DNA of 64,000 nt from an uncultured Defluviitaleaceae bacterium (GTDB lineage: Bacteria; Bacillota; Clostridia; Lachnospirales; WRAX01), in assembly GCA_964583165.1 (NCBI GenBank), contig CAZOVK010000001.1, positions 60,025 to 124,024 on the forward strand. The letters are read 5' to 3'. Below, piece after piece: positions 29,633 to 40,337 of the stretch (position 1 is the stretch's first letter; the number at the start of each line of letters is the position of its first letter). The notes under the pieces were generated by a model. That model was not told where the DNA came from. It was given only the letters and a program-made list of their open reading frames with translations, and ran no database searches. A program made the translations under genes and the position numbers.

Positions 29633-30666
29633 TGGACAAGATAGACCTACTGGGGTTAGGCAAAACAGAATTAACCGAACTGACAGCGACTTTGGGCGCG
29701 AAAACTTACGCCGCGAAGCAGATTTTTGCGTGGCTTCACAAGTCGCTTTGCGCGGACGTTTCGGGCTTTACGAACCTGTCGAAGGATTTACGCGCGAAAC
29801 TGGACGATATGGCGTTCATTCAGAACGCGAAGATTGAAAAAATCATGCGTTCCGATGATGGGAATACGGCGAAATACTTGCTGAATTTAGACGGAAGCAC
29901 TATAATAGAGAGTGTGTTTTTGCGCTTTGGCTACGGGAACACTGTTTGTGTATCGACACAAGCGGGTTGCCGTATGCGTTGTGCGTTTTGTGTGTCGGGG
30001 CAGGGGTTCATGCGAAACCTTCGAGCTTCTGAGATACTAGCGCAGATTTATGCAATAGCGCGTGACACGAACGAGCGCATCAGCCATGTTGTGTTAATGG
30101 GCGCGGGTGAACCGCTTGATAACTACAATGAAGTGTTGAAATTCATGAAACTCATAACAGACGCGGACGGATATGGCTTGTCGGCGCGTCACATCACGCT
30201 GTCAACATGCGGGATAACGCCGAACATATATGCGCTTTCAAAGGAGAACTTGCCTATAACATTGGCGCTAAGTCTTCACGCGCCGAATGATGATATTAGA
30301 AAGAAACTACTCCCAATAGCCAAGGCGTACCCACTTGACGGTGTTCTGGAAGCCTGCAAGGCATACGCAGACACGACAAAACGGCGTGTTACGTTTGAAT
30401 ATATTTTACTCGACGGTATAAACGCAGAAGCAAAACACGCTTCAGAATTGGCGCGGCGGTTGAAGGCGCTCAATATCCCGATTCATGTGAACCTCATACC
30501 ATTCAACTCGGGCAGTGGTTCGTTCAGAAAGCCCGCCCCGCGCGTGATTGAAGGCTTCAAACAGGAACTTCAGAAACACAAGATAGAAACGACAATAAGA
30601 CAATCGCAGGGCGCTGACATTGCGGCGGCTTGCGGACAGCTCAAAGCGGAATTTAATGAGGTGTAA
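29632..30666 (+). CDS. rlmN: 23S rRNA/tRNA (adenine-C2)-methyltransferase RlmN
   Basis: Radical-SAM GCRMRCAFCVSG, MGAGEPL and C-terminal AACGQL. ATG 29632 overlaps the rsmB stop (TGATG). The track ORF start at 29527 is rejected. Confidence 0.92.
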   Translation: MDKIDLLGLGKTELTELTATLGAKTYAAKQIFAWLHKSLCADVSGFTNLSKDLRAKLDDMAFIQNAKIEKIMRSDDGNTAKYLLNLDGSTIIESVFLRFGYGNTVCVSTQAGCRMRCAFCVSGQGFMRNLRASEILAQIYAIARDTNERISHVVLMGAGEPLDNYNEVLKFMKLITDADGYGLSARHITLSTCGITPNIYALSKENLPITLALSLHAPNDDIRKKLLPIAKAYPLDGVLEACKAYADTTKRRVTFEYILLDGINAEAKHASELARRLKALNIPIHVNLIPFNSGSGSFRKPAPRVIEGFKQELQKHKIETTIRQSQGADIAAACGQLKAEFNEV

Positions 30667-30667
30667 A

Positions 30668-31399
30668 ATGCAGGGTTTTGGGATTACGGACGTTGGCAAG
30701 ACGCGCGAGAACAACGAGGACGCGATTTTTCTGACGAACGCGCCGATTGGGGTTTTGCCGAACTTGTTCATTGTCGCGGACGGCATGGGTGGTCATAACG
30801 CGGGGGAAGTGGCGAGCCGCCTATGTGTGGACTTCATCACGGACTATGTGAGGGACTATGAACCGCGCACCAACGATTCGCGCGGAGTGCTTGAGCTGTT
30901 ATCCGACGCTATCAAACACGCGAATATCGGCATTTTCATGAACTCCGCGAGTCTGCCCGAGCGCTTTGGCATGGGCACAACGGTAACATTGTGTACGATA
31001 ATCGGCGAAACGGCGCATTATGCGCACGCGGGCGACAGCCGCCTTTATGCGCTGGCTGACGAACTCGTTCAAGTCAGCGAAGACCACACAGCGGGTAATG
31101 AGCTGCTCAAACAGAAGCGCATAACGCCCGAACAGGCGGCGACCGACCCCATGTGCCAGATGTTAGTAAGAGCCGTGGGCACTGAAGATGATATAGAGGT
31201 AGAAACGGGCACGGTTTCGGGCGCGAGGGCGTTTTTACTCTGCTCCGACGGTCTGACGAATATGCTTTCTGATAAGGAAATTCAATCGATAGTGGAATCG
31301 AACAGCGAGCCGCACCAAAAATTAGCGGCACTTGTAGACACCGCCAACGAAAAGGGCGGTCATGACAATATCTCGGCGATACTGATTGTAGGGGTGTAG
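30668..31399 (+). CDS. PP2C-family Ser/Thr phosphatase (Stp/PrpC)
   Basis: TDVGKTRENNEDA, VADGMGGHNAGEVAS and GGHDNISAILI motifs. Start is ATG 30668. Confidence 0.88.
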   Translation: MQGFGITDVGKTRENNEDAIFLTNAPIGVLPNLFIVADGMGGHNAGEVASRLCVDFITDYVRDYEPRTNDSRGVLELLSDAIKHANIGIFMNSASLPERFGMGTTVTLCTIIGETAHYAHAGDSRLYALADELVQVSEDHTAGNELLKQKRITPEQAATDPMCQMLVRAVGTEDDIEVETGTVSGARAFLLCSDGLTNMLSDKEIQSIVESNSEPHQKLAALVDTANEKGGHDNISAILIVGV

Positions 31400-31400
31400 A

Positions 31401-33443
31401 GTGATACTCAACAAAGGAAAACTAATAGCTAACCGCTATGAAATACAAGAACTCATCGCGCAGGGCGGCATGAGCATGGTTTACCGCGCTCTTGACACCA
31501 TGCTGAACAGAAGCGTCACATTTAAGGTGTTAAAAGAAGAATTTCTGACGGACAATGAGGTTACGACGCGATTTAGGCGTGAGGCGCGTTCGGTTGCGCG
31601 GCTGTCACACCCGAATATTGTGAACGTGTTTGATGTGGGCGCGGAGAATGACGTTAATTACATTGTAATGGAATACGTTGACGGGATGACACTCAAAGAC
31701 CTAATCGCGAAGAGTGCGCCGTTTAACGACATCAGCGTATTGAGCGTGACGGTTCAGATAGCCGCCGCGCTCTCACACGCGCATAAAAACGGTATTATTC
31801 ACCAAGACATTAAGCCCCAGAACATCATGGTCACGCGTGGCGGTGATGTCAAGGTCATGGACTTCGGCATTGCGCTCACAGTGGGCACATCAGGCGGAGG
31901 GGCGGCTTACGGCTCTGTTCATTATGTGTCGCCTGAGCAGGCAAGGGGCGCGGAGGTTGATTTCCGCACAGACTTGTATTCTTTGGGTATTGTCATGTAT
32001 GAAATGGCGACGGGGGCATTGCCATATTCGGGCACGAACCCAATAGCCGTTGCGCGAAAGCACATCATGGAGCCACTGCCCGACATCACGGCACTAAACC
32101 CCAATATCGCGACAACAACACTGGAGATTATCGCGAAACTGACGCAAAAAGACCCCAACAACCGCTTCCCGTCTGCCGAAGCGTTGGCTGTGGAGATAAA
32201 ACGCGCACTCGCGCGGCTCACGGGCAAGAGTGGGTATGAGGAACTCGACTATCATTCAAGCGTTTATGATACAATGAAGTTGAGCACGGGTGATATTGAA
32301 GACGAAGAATATGACGAAGAGGACGAGGATTTCGCGGACGAAGAGATTGACTACGGCGCGGGGCGAACGCCCGAACGCACGGCGGTTTTTGCGGCGATAG
32401 CCACGGCTCTTGTCATCATAATAATCGCGTCATTCTTGCTTATACCGAGGTTATTCGGCAAGCCCGAAGCAAAGGATTTGGTAGAAGTCCCGAATATTAA
32501 GGAAACAACCACCGAGAAAGCCACAACAAGGCTCGAAAACCTAGGGCTTAAACTCGACATAATCGGCGAGCAGTATTCCGAAACGGTTGACGAGGGCTAC
32601 ATCATAGCCCAGAATTACGAACCCGGTGGTATGATTCCGCTCGGTGAGTCAGTGGGTGTGCTTGTAAGTCTGGGCACCAGACAATTTCAGATGATTGACT
32701 TGACGGGTAAAACGAGCGCAGATGCGAAGAAGAAAATCGCGGACGAGAACTTGCCGTTTGAGGTCATTGAAGATTATGAGTACAGCTCGACAGTGCCCAT
32801 TGAGGTCATTATACGCCAAGAACCCGCTGTGGGCGAGTGGCTCAAACCGGGCGAAAAGGTCTACATCTTCATCAGCAAAGGCCCCGAACTGACGACAACG
32901 CGTGTTCCCAACGTGTTAGGGCTTTCAGAATCGGCGGCTAAGGAGAAGCTTTTGGCGGCGGGGCTTAAAATCGGCGCAGTGAATACCGATTATTCGTCTA
33001 AGTATGAAAAGGGCTTAGTCTGCTTTCAAGCATCTGACCCCGACAAAGAGGTTGTGACAGGTACAATCGTGGGCATAACGATAAGTATCGGTCCCGCGCC
33101 CGTTACGCCAACGCCATCCGCTTCTGATGTGCCGACAGATACAGAAACACCAAACATAGATAATCCGACTGATAACCCCGATGACACGACGGATAACCCC
33201 GACACCAACGCGCCTAAGAGAAAGACACTCACTATCTCCCCACCGCTGGACGAGGGCATTGAATCCGTTCACATTCGCCTTGTGCGCGTGGACGGCAGCA
33301 GTTACTTTGACGTATATTCATTCCAAGTCAACGCCGAGGACTTCCCGCTCAATCTTGACGTGTTCGGCTTCGGCAAAGAGGAGTATATCCTTTTCGTTGA
33401 CGGCGTGTCGCGCGGCTCACAAGTCGTTGACTTTACGGAGTAG
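31401..33443 (+). CDS. Ser/Thr protein kinase with PASTA repeats (PknB/PrkC-like)
   Basis: Hanks kinase motifs (HQDIKPQNIM, DFGIA, SPEQA), a TM segment, three PASTA-like repeats, a Pro/Thr/Asp-rich linker and an extra C-terminal beta-rich domain. Confidence 0.9.
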   Translation: MILNKGKLIANRYEIQELIAQGGMSMVYRALDTMLNRSVTFKVLKEEFLTDNEVTTRFRREARSVARLSHPNIVNVFDVGAENDVNYIVMEYVDGMTLKDLIAKSAPFNDISVLSVTVQIAAALSHAHKNGIIHQDIKPQNIMVTRGGDVKVMDFGIALTVGTSGGGAAYGSVHYVSPEQARGAEVDFRTDLYSLGIVMYEMATGALPYSGTNPIAVARKHIMEPLPDITALNPNIATTTLEIIAKLTQKDPNNRFPSAEALAVEIKRALARLTGKSGYEELDYHSSVYDTMKLSTGDIEDEEYDEEDEDFADEEIDYGAGRTPERTAVFAAIATALVIIIIASFLLIPRLFGKPEAKDLVEVPNIKETTTEKATTRLENLGLKLDIIGEQYSETVDEGYIIAQNYEPGGMIPLGESVGVLVSLGTRQFQMIDLTGKTSADAKKKIADENLPFEVIEDYEYSSTVPIEVIIRQEPAVGEWLKPGEKVYIFISKGPELTTTRVPNVLGLSESAAKEKLLAAGLKIGAVNTDYSSKYEKGLVCFQASDPDKEVVTGTIVGITISIGPAPVTPTPSASDVPTDTETPNIDNPTDNPDDTTDNPDTNAPKRKTLTISPPLDEGIESVHIRLVRVDGSSYFDVYSFQVNAEDFPLNLDVFGFGKEEYILFVDGVSRGSQVVDFTE

Positions 33444-33446
33444 GTT

Positions 33447-34337
33447 ATGGAAGAAATTTGCAGGGGCAGAATTGAGAAGGGTGTAGGCGGGCTTTATTGG
33501 GTGAACACGGCGCAGGGCATTTTCGAGTGCCCCGCGCGTGGGTTGTTCCGCTTGCAGGGTGAAACCCCGCTTGTGGGCGATTTTGTGCAACTCGAATCGC
33601 TAGATTTAACGAATATGACGGCATATATATATGACATCGAACCGCGCAAGAATGAACTCTTGCGCCCACGCGTCGCAAATGTGGACATAGCCGTTGTCAC
33701 GATTGCGGCGGCGAAACCCGCGCCGAACCCCATGCAGTTAGACAAACTGCTGATTCTGTGCGCCCACTATAACGTAGAAATATTGTTGTGCGTAAACAAG
33801 ATGGATTTAGTGAAGAAAGCAGGGCGCGAACTCATAGAAAGTTATGAGCGCGCGGGCTTTAGAATGATTTGTGTATCTTCAAAAACAGGCGAAAACATAG
33901 ACGCGCTCAAAGACAAACTCGTGGGGCGTGTGTCGGTCTTTGCGGGGCCGAGTGGGGTAGGGAAGTCGAGTGTTATCAACGCGATTATGCCGGGCAAGAA
34001 CCTAGCCACATCAGAAATCAGCCGCAAAATCGAGCGCGGCAAGCATACCACGCGCCATACCGAACTGATGCGGTTTGACGAAAACAGCTATATAGTGGAC
34101 GCGCCGGGCTTTACGTCACTCGATTTAAGCGGCATTGAGCCAGAGAAATTGCCTAAGCTTTACCCCGAGTTTGCACCTTTCGCGGGCGGGTGTTATTATG
34201 CGGATTGTTTGCATGTGAGCGAGCACGATTGCGCCGTCAAGAGCCATGTTGGGGCAGAAGTACCCACCGCTCGGTATGAGCGTTACCTTAGTATATTAGA
34301 AGAACTCCAAACAATAGAGAGGGAAAAATGGGATTAA
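33447..34337 (+). CDS. rsgA: Ribosome small subunit-dependent GTPase A
   Basis: Circularly permuted GTPase (NKMDL .. GPSGVGKSS) and a C-terminal zinc cluster (CYYADCLHVSEHDC). Confidence 0.9.
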   Translation: MEEICRGRIEKGVGGLYWVNTAQGIFECPARGLFRLQGETPLVGDFVQLESLDLTNMTAYIYDIEPRKNELLRPRVANVDIAVVTIAAAKPAPNPMQLDKLLILCAHYNVEILLCVNKMDLVKKAGRELIESYERAGFRMICVSSKTGENIDALKDKLVGRVSVFAGPSGVGKSSVINAIMPGKNLATSEISRKIERGKHTTRHTELMRFDENSYIVDAPGFTSLDLSGIEPEKLPKLYPEFAPFAGGCYYADCLHVSEHDCAVKSHVGAEVPTARYERYLSILEELQTIEREKWD

Positions 34338-35008
34338 CGAAAATCTGTTTGTCGCCGTCAATACTCGCGGCTGACTTGGGCGATTTGCATAGTGAACTGA
34401 AGATATTGGCTGACAACGGCGTGCCGTATGTTCATATAGATGTTATGGATGGGCATTTCACGCCCAACTTGACGTTTGGCGTGCCTGTTGTGAAGTCTTT
34501 GCGCGCAAAAAGCGATTTGGTCTTTGACGTACATCTGATGATAACAAACCCGCTTGATTTCGTGAAGCCGTTCGCAGATGCGGGCGCGGACATTATCACG
34601 TTTCACCTTGAGGCCTGTGAAAGTGCCGAGATTGTGCGCGAAGTTATAATGAAAATACGTTCGTTTAATAAGCGCGTAGGTCTAAGCATCAGCCCCGCCA
34701 CACCGATTGAAAACGCGTTGCCTTTTTTAGCGGAAATAGACATGTTGTTGGTTATGAGCGTTGTCCCCGGTTTCGGCGGTCAAAGTTTCATGCCCAACAG
34801 CCTCGACAAAATCAAAACAGCGCGGGCATTCGCGACAGAACACAACCTAAATCTTGACATAGAGGTAGACGGCGGTATAACAACAGAGAACGTATCATCA
34901 GTCATAAAAAACGGCTGTAACATAATAGTAGCGGGTTCGTCCGTGTTCAAAACGGGTAAAACGGCTCTGAATATAAAGGCGTTTCACGATATTTTTCAGT
35001 TGGGGTGA
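34328..35008 (+). CDS. rpe: Ribulose-phosphate 3-epimerase
   Basis: SPSILAADL.., HIDVMDGHFTPN, VMSVVPGFGGQSF and VDGGI motifs. Confidence 0.92.
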   Translation: MGLTKICLSPSILAADLGDLHSELKILADNGVPYVHIDVMDGHFTPNLTFGVPVVKSLRAKSDLVFDVHLMITNPLDFVKPFADAGADIITFHLEACESAEIVREVIMKIRSFNKRVGLSISPATPIENALPFLAEIDMLLVMSVVPGFGGQSFMPNSLDKIKTARAFATEHNLNLDIEVDGGITTENVSSVIKNGCNIIVAGSSVFKTGKTALNIKAFHDIFQLG

Positions 35009-35012
35009 AAAG

Positions 35013-35591
35013 ATGAACTATTGCAAGAAGTGTTTCAAGATTTTTGAAGAAGAAGCGGACTTTTGCCCGTCTTGCGGCGAGCCCTTCCCTAAGGCTGAGA
35101 GCACGGGCAGTGACCTGTCGCGTCGTATGGCAGAACTAGACAGCGCCATAGAGAGCCGCAAAGCGGCGGAAATACCGATAAGCCAGCCGAATGTAACACC
35201 GGCGCCGCCATATGCGCCGACAGAACCTGCGCCTTACGCGCCAACGCCATCGCCCTATACATCAACACCCACGCCGCCGCCTTTCAATCCATCCGCGCCG
35301 CCCTATCAACACATGCCGCCGTACTACCCGGCTTCGCCAGAAACCCCCGTTGTCGGCACGGCTAAGCGCGTCATACTCACGCTTTTGAGCGTTTTCTTCG
35401 CGCCTGTCGGTGTTATCGCGGGCATAGTCTTTTTGTCGGCTAAAACCCGTGAAGAACGCGTGTTCGGTCAGACGCTTTTGACAATCGGCGTGGCGGAGTT
35501 TCTGATGGTTGCGCTACTGTGTTGTGGGATTATACTTTTCGCCCAGAACGCTTCTTACATGCTTTATGATATGTTCGGTGCTTTCTATTGA
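35013..35591 (+). CDS. Zinc-ribbon, proline-rich membrane protein
   Basis: N-terminal CKKC..CPSCG ribbon, a Pro/Ala/Tyr-rich repeat region and two C-terminal TM segments. Confidence 0.5.
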   Translation: MNYCKKCFKIFEEEADFCPSCGEPFPKAESTGSDLSRRMAELDSAIESRKAAEIPISQPNVTPAPPYAPTEPAPYAPTPSPYTSTPTPPPFNPSAPPYQHMPPYYPASPETPVVGTAKRVILTLLSVFFAPVGVIAGIVFLSAKTREERVFGQTLLTIGVAEFLMVALLCCGIILFAQNASYMLYDMFGAFY

Positions 35592-35592
35592 T

Positions 35593-36165
35593 ATGGAGTT
35601 ACCCGTCCGGTTCATCCAGAATATTGGGCGGCTTGTCTGTCATAGACTGCCTGAACGCTCGTTCTTAATAGCGGGCTTGCAGTTGCCCGTCTGTGCGCGC
35701 TGTACGGGGATTTTCGCGGGGGTATTTGTCGCGGGGCTTATTCTTTTGCTGTTTCGGCGAGGTGGCAATAAGCCGTTCGGTATTGCGACGGTCGTTTTGC
35801 TGTGCTTGGGTTTTTGCGCCGTTGGTTTTGACGGCGTTAGTTCATACTTAGGGATACGCGAAACAAACAACCTCATTCGCGTAATCACAGGCATAATGCT
35901 CGGTGTGAGTTTGCCGCCGCTTTATGTATTACTCAAAAACTACAAAACCGATGGCGAAAACGCTGTCACGATTATCAAACGCCCGATTGAGGTAATACTT
36001 TCATGGGGCATAACAGCCGCGTTTATCAGCATTTCTGCGCTTATGGGCGGGAGTTTCTTTACGTGGCTTTTGCTTTCGTTAGTAATTGATTGCGCGATTG
36101 TTACGATTTATTGCGCGATACCCTATTTTTTGTGGGCGAAATTTAAGAAAATTGGATTGAATTAG
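35593..36165 (+). CDS. DUF2085-family membrane protein
   Basis: CHRLPERSF...LPVCARCTGIFAG is the DUF2085 signature. ATG 35593 is preferred over the overlapping track start. Confidence 0.65.
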   Translation: MELPVRFIQNIGRLVCHRLPERSFLIAGLQLPVCARCTGIFAGVFVAGLILLLFRRGGNKPFGIATVVLLCLGFCAVGFDGVSSYLGIRETNNLIRVITGIMLGVSLPPLYVLLKNYKTDGENAVTIIKRPIEVILSWGITAAFISISALMGGSFFTWLLLSLVIDCAIVTIYCAIPYFLWAKFKKIGLN

Positions 36166-36186
36166 GCATAGCCTTTCATATATAAT
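36157..36186 (+). promoter_or_regulatory. Sigma-A-type promoter of the asp23-DAK2 operon
   Basis: TTGAAT (36157-36162), 18-nt spacer, TATAAT (36181-36186). Confidence 0.6.
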
Positions 36187-36225
36187 AGTCGTAGTTGTAA
36201 AAGCTACCCGGAGGTGTAAAGATTT

Positions 36226-36585
36226 ATGGCGGCTAAGATTAAGAACGAATTAGGCATAATCACCATACAGGACGAGGTAATAGCGAACTTGGCGGGGCTT
36301 GCGGCAATGGACTGCTACGGCGTGGTGGGCATGGCGGCGAAGGACATGCGTGACGGGCTTGTGAAGCTTCTAAAGCTCGATTCGCTGTCACGCGGGATTG
36401 CGTTACATGTGAACGAGAGCGGCGTGAGTGTTGACATGCACATCATCGCCGAATACGGCACGAACATCCCCGCGATTGTCGAATCGCTCGTAGAAACCGT
36501 GAAGTACAGACTGGAAGAAACATTGGCTATCCCTGTGAACCGCGTGGTCGTGTTCGTAGACGATGTCAGGGTAAACAACAATTAA
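36226..36585 (+). CDS. Asp23/Gls24-family envelope stress (alkaline shock) protein
   Basis: The pattern I..EVIANLAGLAAMDCYGVVGM and a 119-aa size. Conserved pairing with the DAK2 gene. Confidence 0.85.
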   Translation: MAAKIKNELGIITIQDEVIANLAGLAAMDCYGVVGMAAKDMRDGLVKLLKLDSLSRGIALHVNESGVSVDMHIIAEYGTNIPAIVESLVETVKYRLEETLAIPVNRVVVFVDDVRVNNN

Positions 36586-36600
36586 GCAGGAGGCCAGACG

Positions 36601-38238
36601 GTGAAAAGCATTAACGGAAACACACTTAAACAAATGATTTTCGCGGGCGCTAACGCTCTGACCGAACGCCGCGACGATGTGGACGCGCTTAACGTGTTCC
36701 CTGTGCCGGACGGCGACACGGGCACAAATATGTCACTGACAGCAATGGCGGCGGCGCAAGAAGCCGGTCGCGCTGAGGATACGGCACAGGCTGTATCGAA
36801 GGCCCTATCGCAAGGCGCGTTGCGGGGCGCCAGAGGCAACAGCGGCGTTATCCTGTCACAGTTATTCCGCGGGTTCGCTAAGGGTTTAGAGCATGTAGAT
36901 GTGATACACGCGGCAGATTTGGTACGCGCGTTGAATCGCAGCGTAGAAACGGCATACAAGGCGGTCATGAAGCCCAAAGAGGGGACAATCCTAACTGTGG
37001 CAACTGCCATAGCCAACGAAGCCGAGGACAAGGCCGCCGAAACAGACGAGGTTGACGAGATTCTGGCCGCCGCGATTTGGGCGGGTAATGAGATGCTGAA
37101 AAGGACAACGGACATGTTACCGGCATTAAAGCAAGCGAATGTTGTTGACGCGGGCGGTCAGGGTTATCTAATCTTCCTTCAATCCGCTTATGAGGTTCTC
37201 ACGGGCAAAACCGTGGTCGAAATAGCCACATCCAGCCCTGCGCAAGTCAGAACGCTGACCCCAGCCGCAGAATCAAACGCCGAAATCAAGTTTGGCTTCT
37301 GCACGGAGTTGTTTGTAGGCGTTAAGGACTTTGACAAGGCTGAGGAACTCTCTGTTTTCCTTGAAGAAATGGGCGACTCGGTCGTTCTTGTCTGTGATGA
37401 GGACGCGATTAAGATACACGTACACACGAATGAACCGGGCAAGGTCGTAAATCATGCCCTAGCTATAGACGGTTTCAGTCTTATGAACATAAAGATTGAA
37501 AACATGCACATTCAACATTCAGAAATGAGCGTAGGCGCAAAACCCGCCGCTCAAACACCCGCAACACCTGTTGAAATGAAAGATATCGGTTTCGTGACCG
37601 TATCTATCGGCGCGGGGTTAGACGAGCTGTTCTTAAATTTGGGCGCTGATAAGATTATCCAAGGCGGTCAGACAATGAACCCGAGCGCGGAAGACATAGT
37701 AGCCGCTGTGAACGCCGTGAATGCGCATGATGTTATCATCTTCCCGAACAACCCGAACATCATTTTGACGGCGAACCTTGCCGCGACAATGGTAACGGGC
37801 AAAACCGCCCACGTTGTCCCCACTCGCTCCGTACCGCAAGGTATCACAGCGCTGTGCCATTACACCCACCAAAAGGACGCGGCGGGTAATGTCGAAGAAA
37901 TGACAGAAGCCGCCAAAATGGTAGCCACGGGTCAGGTTACAACAGCCGTGCGTGATTCTATGGCAGATAACAAGGTGATTAAACAAAACGACATAATCGG
38001 GCTGACAGACGGTAAGATAACAGCCGTTGAGAGCACGCCTACAGCCGCCGCCCTTGCGCTCATTAAGGGTATGGTCACGGATGAAACCGAGATAATCACG
38101 ATTTTCTATGGTGCAGACACACCCGAGAGTGAAGCAGAAGCCCTCATGGCACAGGTGAACGAGCTTTACGGCGACATAGAAACGGAACTGCAATCGGGCG
38201 GACAACCGCTTTACTACTATATAATCGCTGTTGAGTAG
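36601..38238 (+). CDS. DAK2 domain-containing protein (YloV-like)
   Basis: VFPVPDGDTGTNM, RGNSGVILSQ and the C-terminal YloV-type domain. GTG start follows GGAGG. Confidence 0.85.
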   Translation: MKSINGNTLKQMIFAGANALTERRDDVDALNVFPVPDGDTGTNMSLTAMAAAQEAGRAEDTAQAVSKALSQGALRGARGNSGVILSQLFRGFAKGLEHVDVIHAADLVRALNRSVETAYKAVMKPKEGTILTVATAIANEAEDKAAETDEVDEILAAAIWAGNEMLKRTTDMLPALKQANVVDAGGQGYLIFLQSAYEVLTGKTVVEIATSSPAQVRTLTPAAESNAEIKFGFCTELFVGVKDFDKAEELSVFLEEMGDSVVLVCDEDAIKIHVHTNEPGKVVNHALAIDGFSLMNIKIENMHIQHSEMSVGAKPAAQTPATPVEMKDIGFVTVSIGAGLDELFLNLGADKIIQGGQTMNPSAEDIVAAVNAVNAHDVIIFPNNPNIILTANLAATMVTGKTAHVVPTRSVPQGITALCHYTHQKDAAGNVEEMTEAAKMVATGQVTTAVRDSMADNKVIKQNDIIGLTDGKITAVESTPTAAALALIKGMVTDETEIITIFYGADTPESEAEALMAQVNELYGDIETELQSGGQPLYYYIIAVE

Positions 38239-38246
38239 GTGAAATT

Positions 38247-39008
38247 ATGGAAACTTTCCCGATATTGGAGTTTGACGAAGACAAGGATGCGTTCATACGC
38301 CCCGAGCGCGTGTTGAGCCGTTTAGATGTATCGGAACATTGCGTACTGTGCTTCTTTGGTGAAGCGATTGAGAAACTGCTGGAAGAGTATCCACATAGGG
38401 TTTTGGCGCATTATCACGCGGGTTCAATACGCCTACCGCTCTATGAATTAGACTATAACGGTCAGCGCATTGCGCTTATGTTGGCGGATGTTGGCGCGCC
38501 TGTTGCGGCTTCACAGATTGAAGAACTCACGGCGTGGGGTTGCCGCAAGTTTATATGTTGCGGGGCTTGCGGCGTGTTACAAAAGGATATTGCTGTCGGG
38601 CATCTGATAGTCCCAACAGTCGCCGTCCGTGATGAGGGCACGTCCTACCACTATGCCGCGCCCTCGCGGGAGATGAACGCGAACCCGCGTGTTGTGGCGG
38701 TGATTGAGGAAGCGTTGGCGGAACAGGGCTTGCCGTACATTAAGGCGAAAACCTGGACAACAGACGCATTTTACCGCGAAACGGCTAAGAAGATAAAACA
38801 GCGCAAGGACGAGGGCTGCGTGACTGTCGAAATGGAATGCTCGGCATATATTGCCGTTGCGGACTTCCTTGGCGTTGACTTTGGGCAGATTTTGTTCGCG
38901 GGTGATAGTTTGGCGGGTGATGTCTGGGATTCCCGCAGGTATAATGACAGAACCAGCCCACGGGAAAAGCTCCTGCGGACTGCATTACAGGTTTGTTTGA
39001 AACTATAG
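38247..39008 (+). CDS. Nucleoside phosphorylase-family protein (PNP_UDP type)
   Basis: The C-terminal catalytic segment CVTVEMECSAYIAVA resembles uridine/purine nucleoside phosphorylases. Confidence 0.6.
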   Translation: METFPILEFDEDKDAFIRPERVLSRLDVSEHCVLCFFGEAIEKLLEEYPHRVLAHYHAGSIRLPLYELDYNGQRIALMLADVGAPVAASQIEELTAWGCRKFICCGACGVLQKDIAVGHLIVPTVAVRDEGTSYHYAAPSREMNANPRVVAVIEEALAEQGLPYIKAKTWTTDAFYRETAKKIKQRKDEGCVTVEMECSAYIAVADFLGVDFGQILFAGDSLAGDVWDSRRYNDRTSPREKLLRTALQVCLKL

Positions 39009-39014
39009 GTGTTT

Positions 39015-40337
39015 ATGGATTTATTCGAGTATCAGGCACAGCAACATATGAAGCAAAACGCGCCACTCGCGGCGCGGATGCGCCCACGGACGCTTGACGA
39101 ATTTGTGGGGCAAACGCATATTGTAGGGGCCAATACGTTACTACGCCGCGCAATCACGGCGGACAGGCTCTCATCGGTCATACTCTACGGCCCGCCCGGC
39201 ACAGGCAAAACCACGCTCGGGCGGATTGTCGCGAACACGACAAAGAACGCCTTCATGCAACTGAACGCGACAACGTCGGGCGTGAAGGACATTAAAGCGA
39301 CGGTCGAAGAAGCGCGAAACCTTCTTGGGCGCGAACGCCGCCGCACAATCGTCTATATAGACGAGATTCACCGCTTTAACAAGTCACAGCAAGACGCGTT
39401 ACTGCCACACGTAGAGGACGGCACGCTTATTCTCATGGGCGCGACGACAGAAAACCCCTACTTTGAGGTCAATAACGCGTTGTTGTCGCGCTCGATTGTG
39501 TTCGAGTTCTCCCGTTTGTCGCAGAGCGATATAGAAAAGCTGTTACGCCGCGCATTGACCGACACGGAGCGCGGCTTGGGTAATATGAAGATAGAAATAG
39601 AAGACGAAGCCGTTTCTTTCCTTGCGGATATGGCAGACGGTGACGCGCGGTCAGCCCTAAACGCCATTGAACTCGCCGCCCAAACCACAGAACCCACTAC
39701 AGACGGCATAATTCACATAGATATGGCCGTGGCGCAAGAGTGTATTCAACGCCGCGCCCTCGGTTATGACCGTGACGGCGACAACCATTACGACACAATC
39801 AGCGCATTCATCAAGTCTATGCGCGGCTCTGACCCCGATGCGGCGGTTTATTACCTAGCGCGTATGATTCACGCAGGAGAAGACCCGCGGTTCATAGCGC
39901 GGCGTATAGTCATTTGCGCGGCGGAGGACGTGAGCCTAGCCGACCCACACGCGCTTCTTGTGGCGCAAGCCGCTGCCGATGCCGTGAATTTCATAGGTAT
40001 GCCCGAAGGGCGCATTATTCTAGCAGAAGCCGCCATTTATGTGGCATGTGCCCCCAAAAGCAATTCAGCGAGTACCGCGATTGACAATGCGCTTGAATAT
40101 GTCAGAACCCGCTATATCTCGGGCGTGCCGCGCCACTTAAAGGACGCGAGTTACGCAAACGCGGGAAAACTCGGCAACGGCATAGGTTATAAATATGCTC
40201 ACTTATACCCCGGGCACTACGTGAAACAACAGTATTTACCCGACGAACTGGTAGGCACAGTCTTTTATGAGCCTTCACAGAACGGCATAGAGAAACGTAT
40301 TTCTGAATATCTGGAGAAAATCAAGCAATGGCAATAG
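39015..40337 (+). CDS. rarA: Replication-associated recombination protein A (MgsA/RarA)
   Basis: [34 protein letters not shown] and the C-terminal MgsA domain (YDTISAFIKSMRGSDPDAA). ATG 39015 is preferred to GTG 39009. Confidence 0.9.
   Translation: MDLFEYQAQQHMKQNAPLAARMRPRTLDEFVGQTHIVGANTLLRRAITADRLSSVILYGPPGTGKTTLGRIVANTTKNAFMQLNATTSGVKDIKATVEEARNLLGRERRRTIVYIDEIHRFNKSQQDALLPHVEDGTLILMGATTENPYFEVNNALLSRSIVFEFSRLSQSDIEKLLRRALTDTERGLGNMKIEIEDEAVSFLADMADGDARSALNAIELAAQTTEPTTDGIIHIDMAVAQECIQRRALGYDRDGDNHYDTISAFIKSMRGSDPDAAVYYLARMIHAGEDPRFIARRIVICAAEDVSLADPHALLVAQAAADAVNFIGMPEGRIILAEAAIYVACAPKSNSASTAIDNALEYVRTRYISGVPRHLKDASYANAGKLGNGIGYKYAHLYPGHYVKQQYLPDELVGTVFYEPSQNGIEKRISEYLEKIKQWQ

Noticed and set aside
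36582-38205. Long minus-strand ORFs (36582-37115, 177 aa; 37633-38205, 190 aa) opposite the DAK2 gene.
   Set aside because: These are antisense shadow ORFs with Ala/Ser/Arg-rich low-complexity translations. The DAK2 reading frame has clear family motifs.
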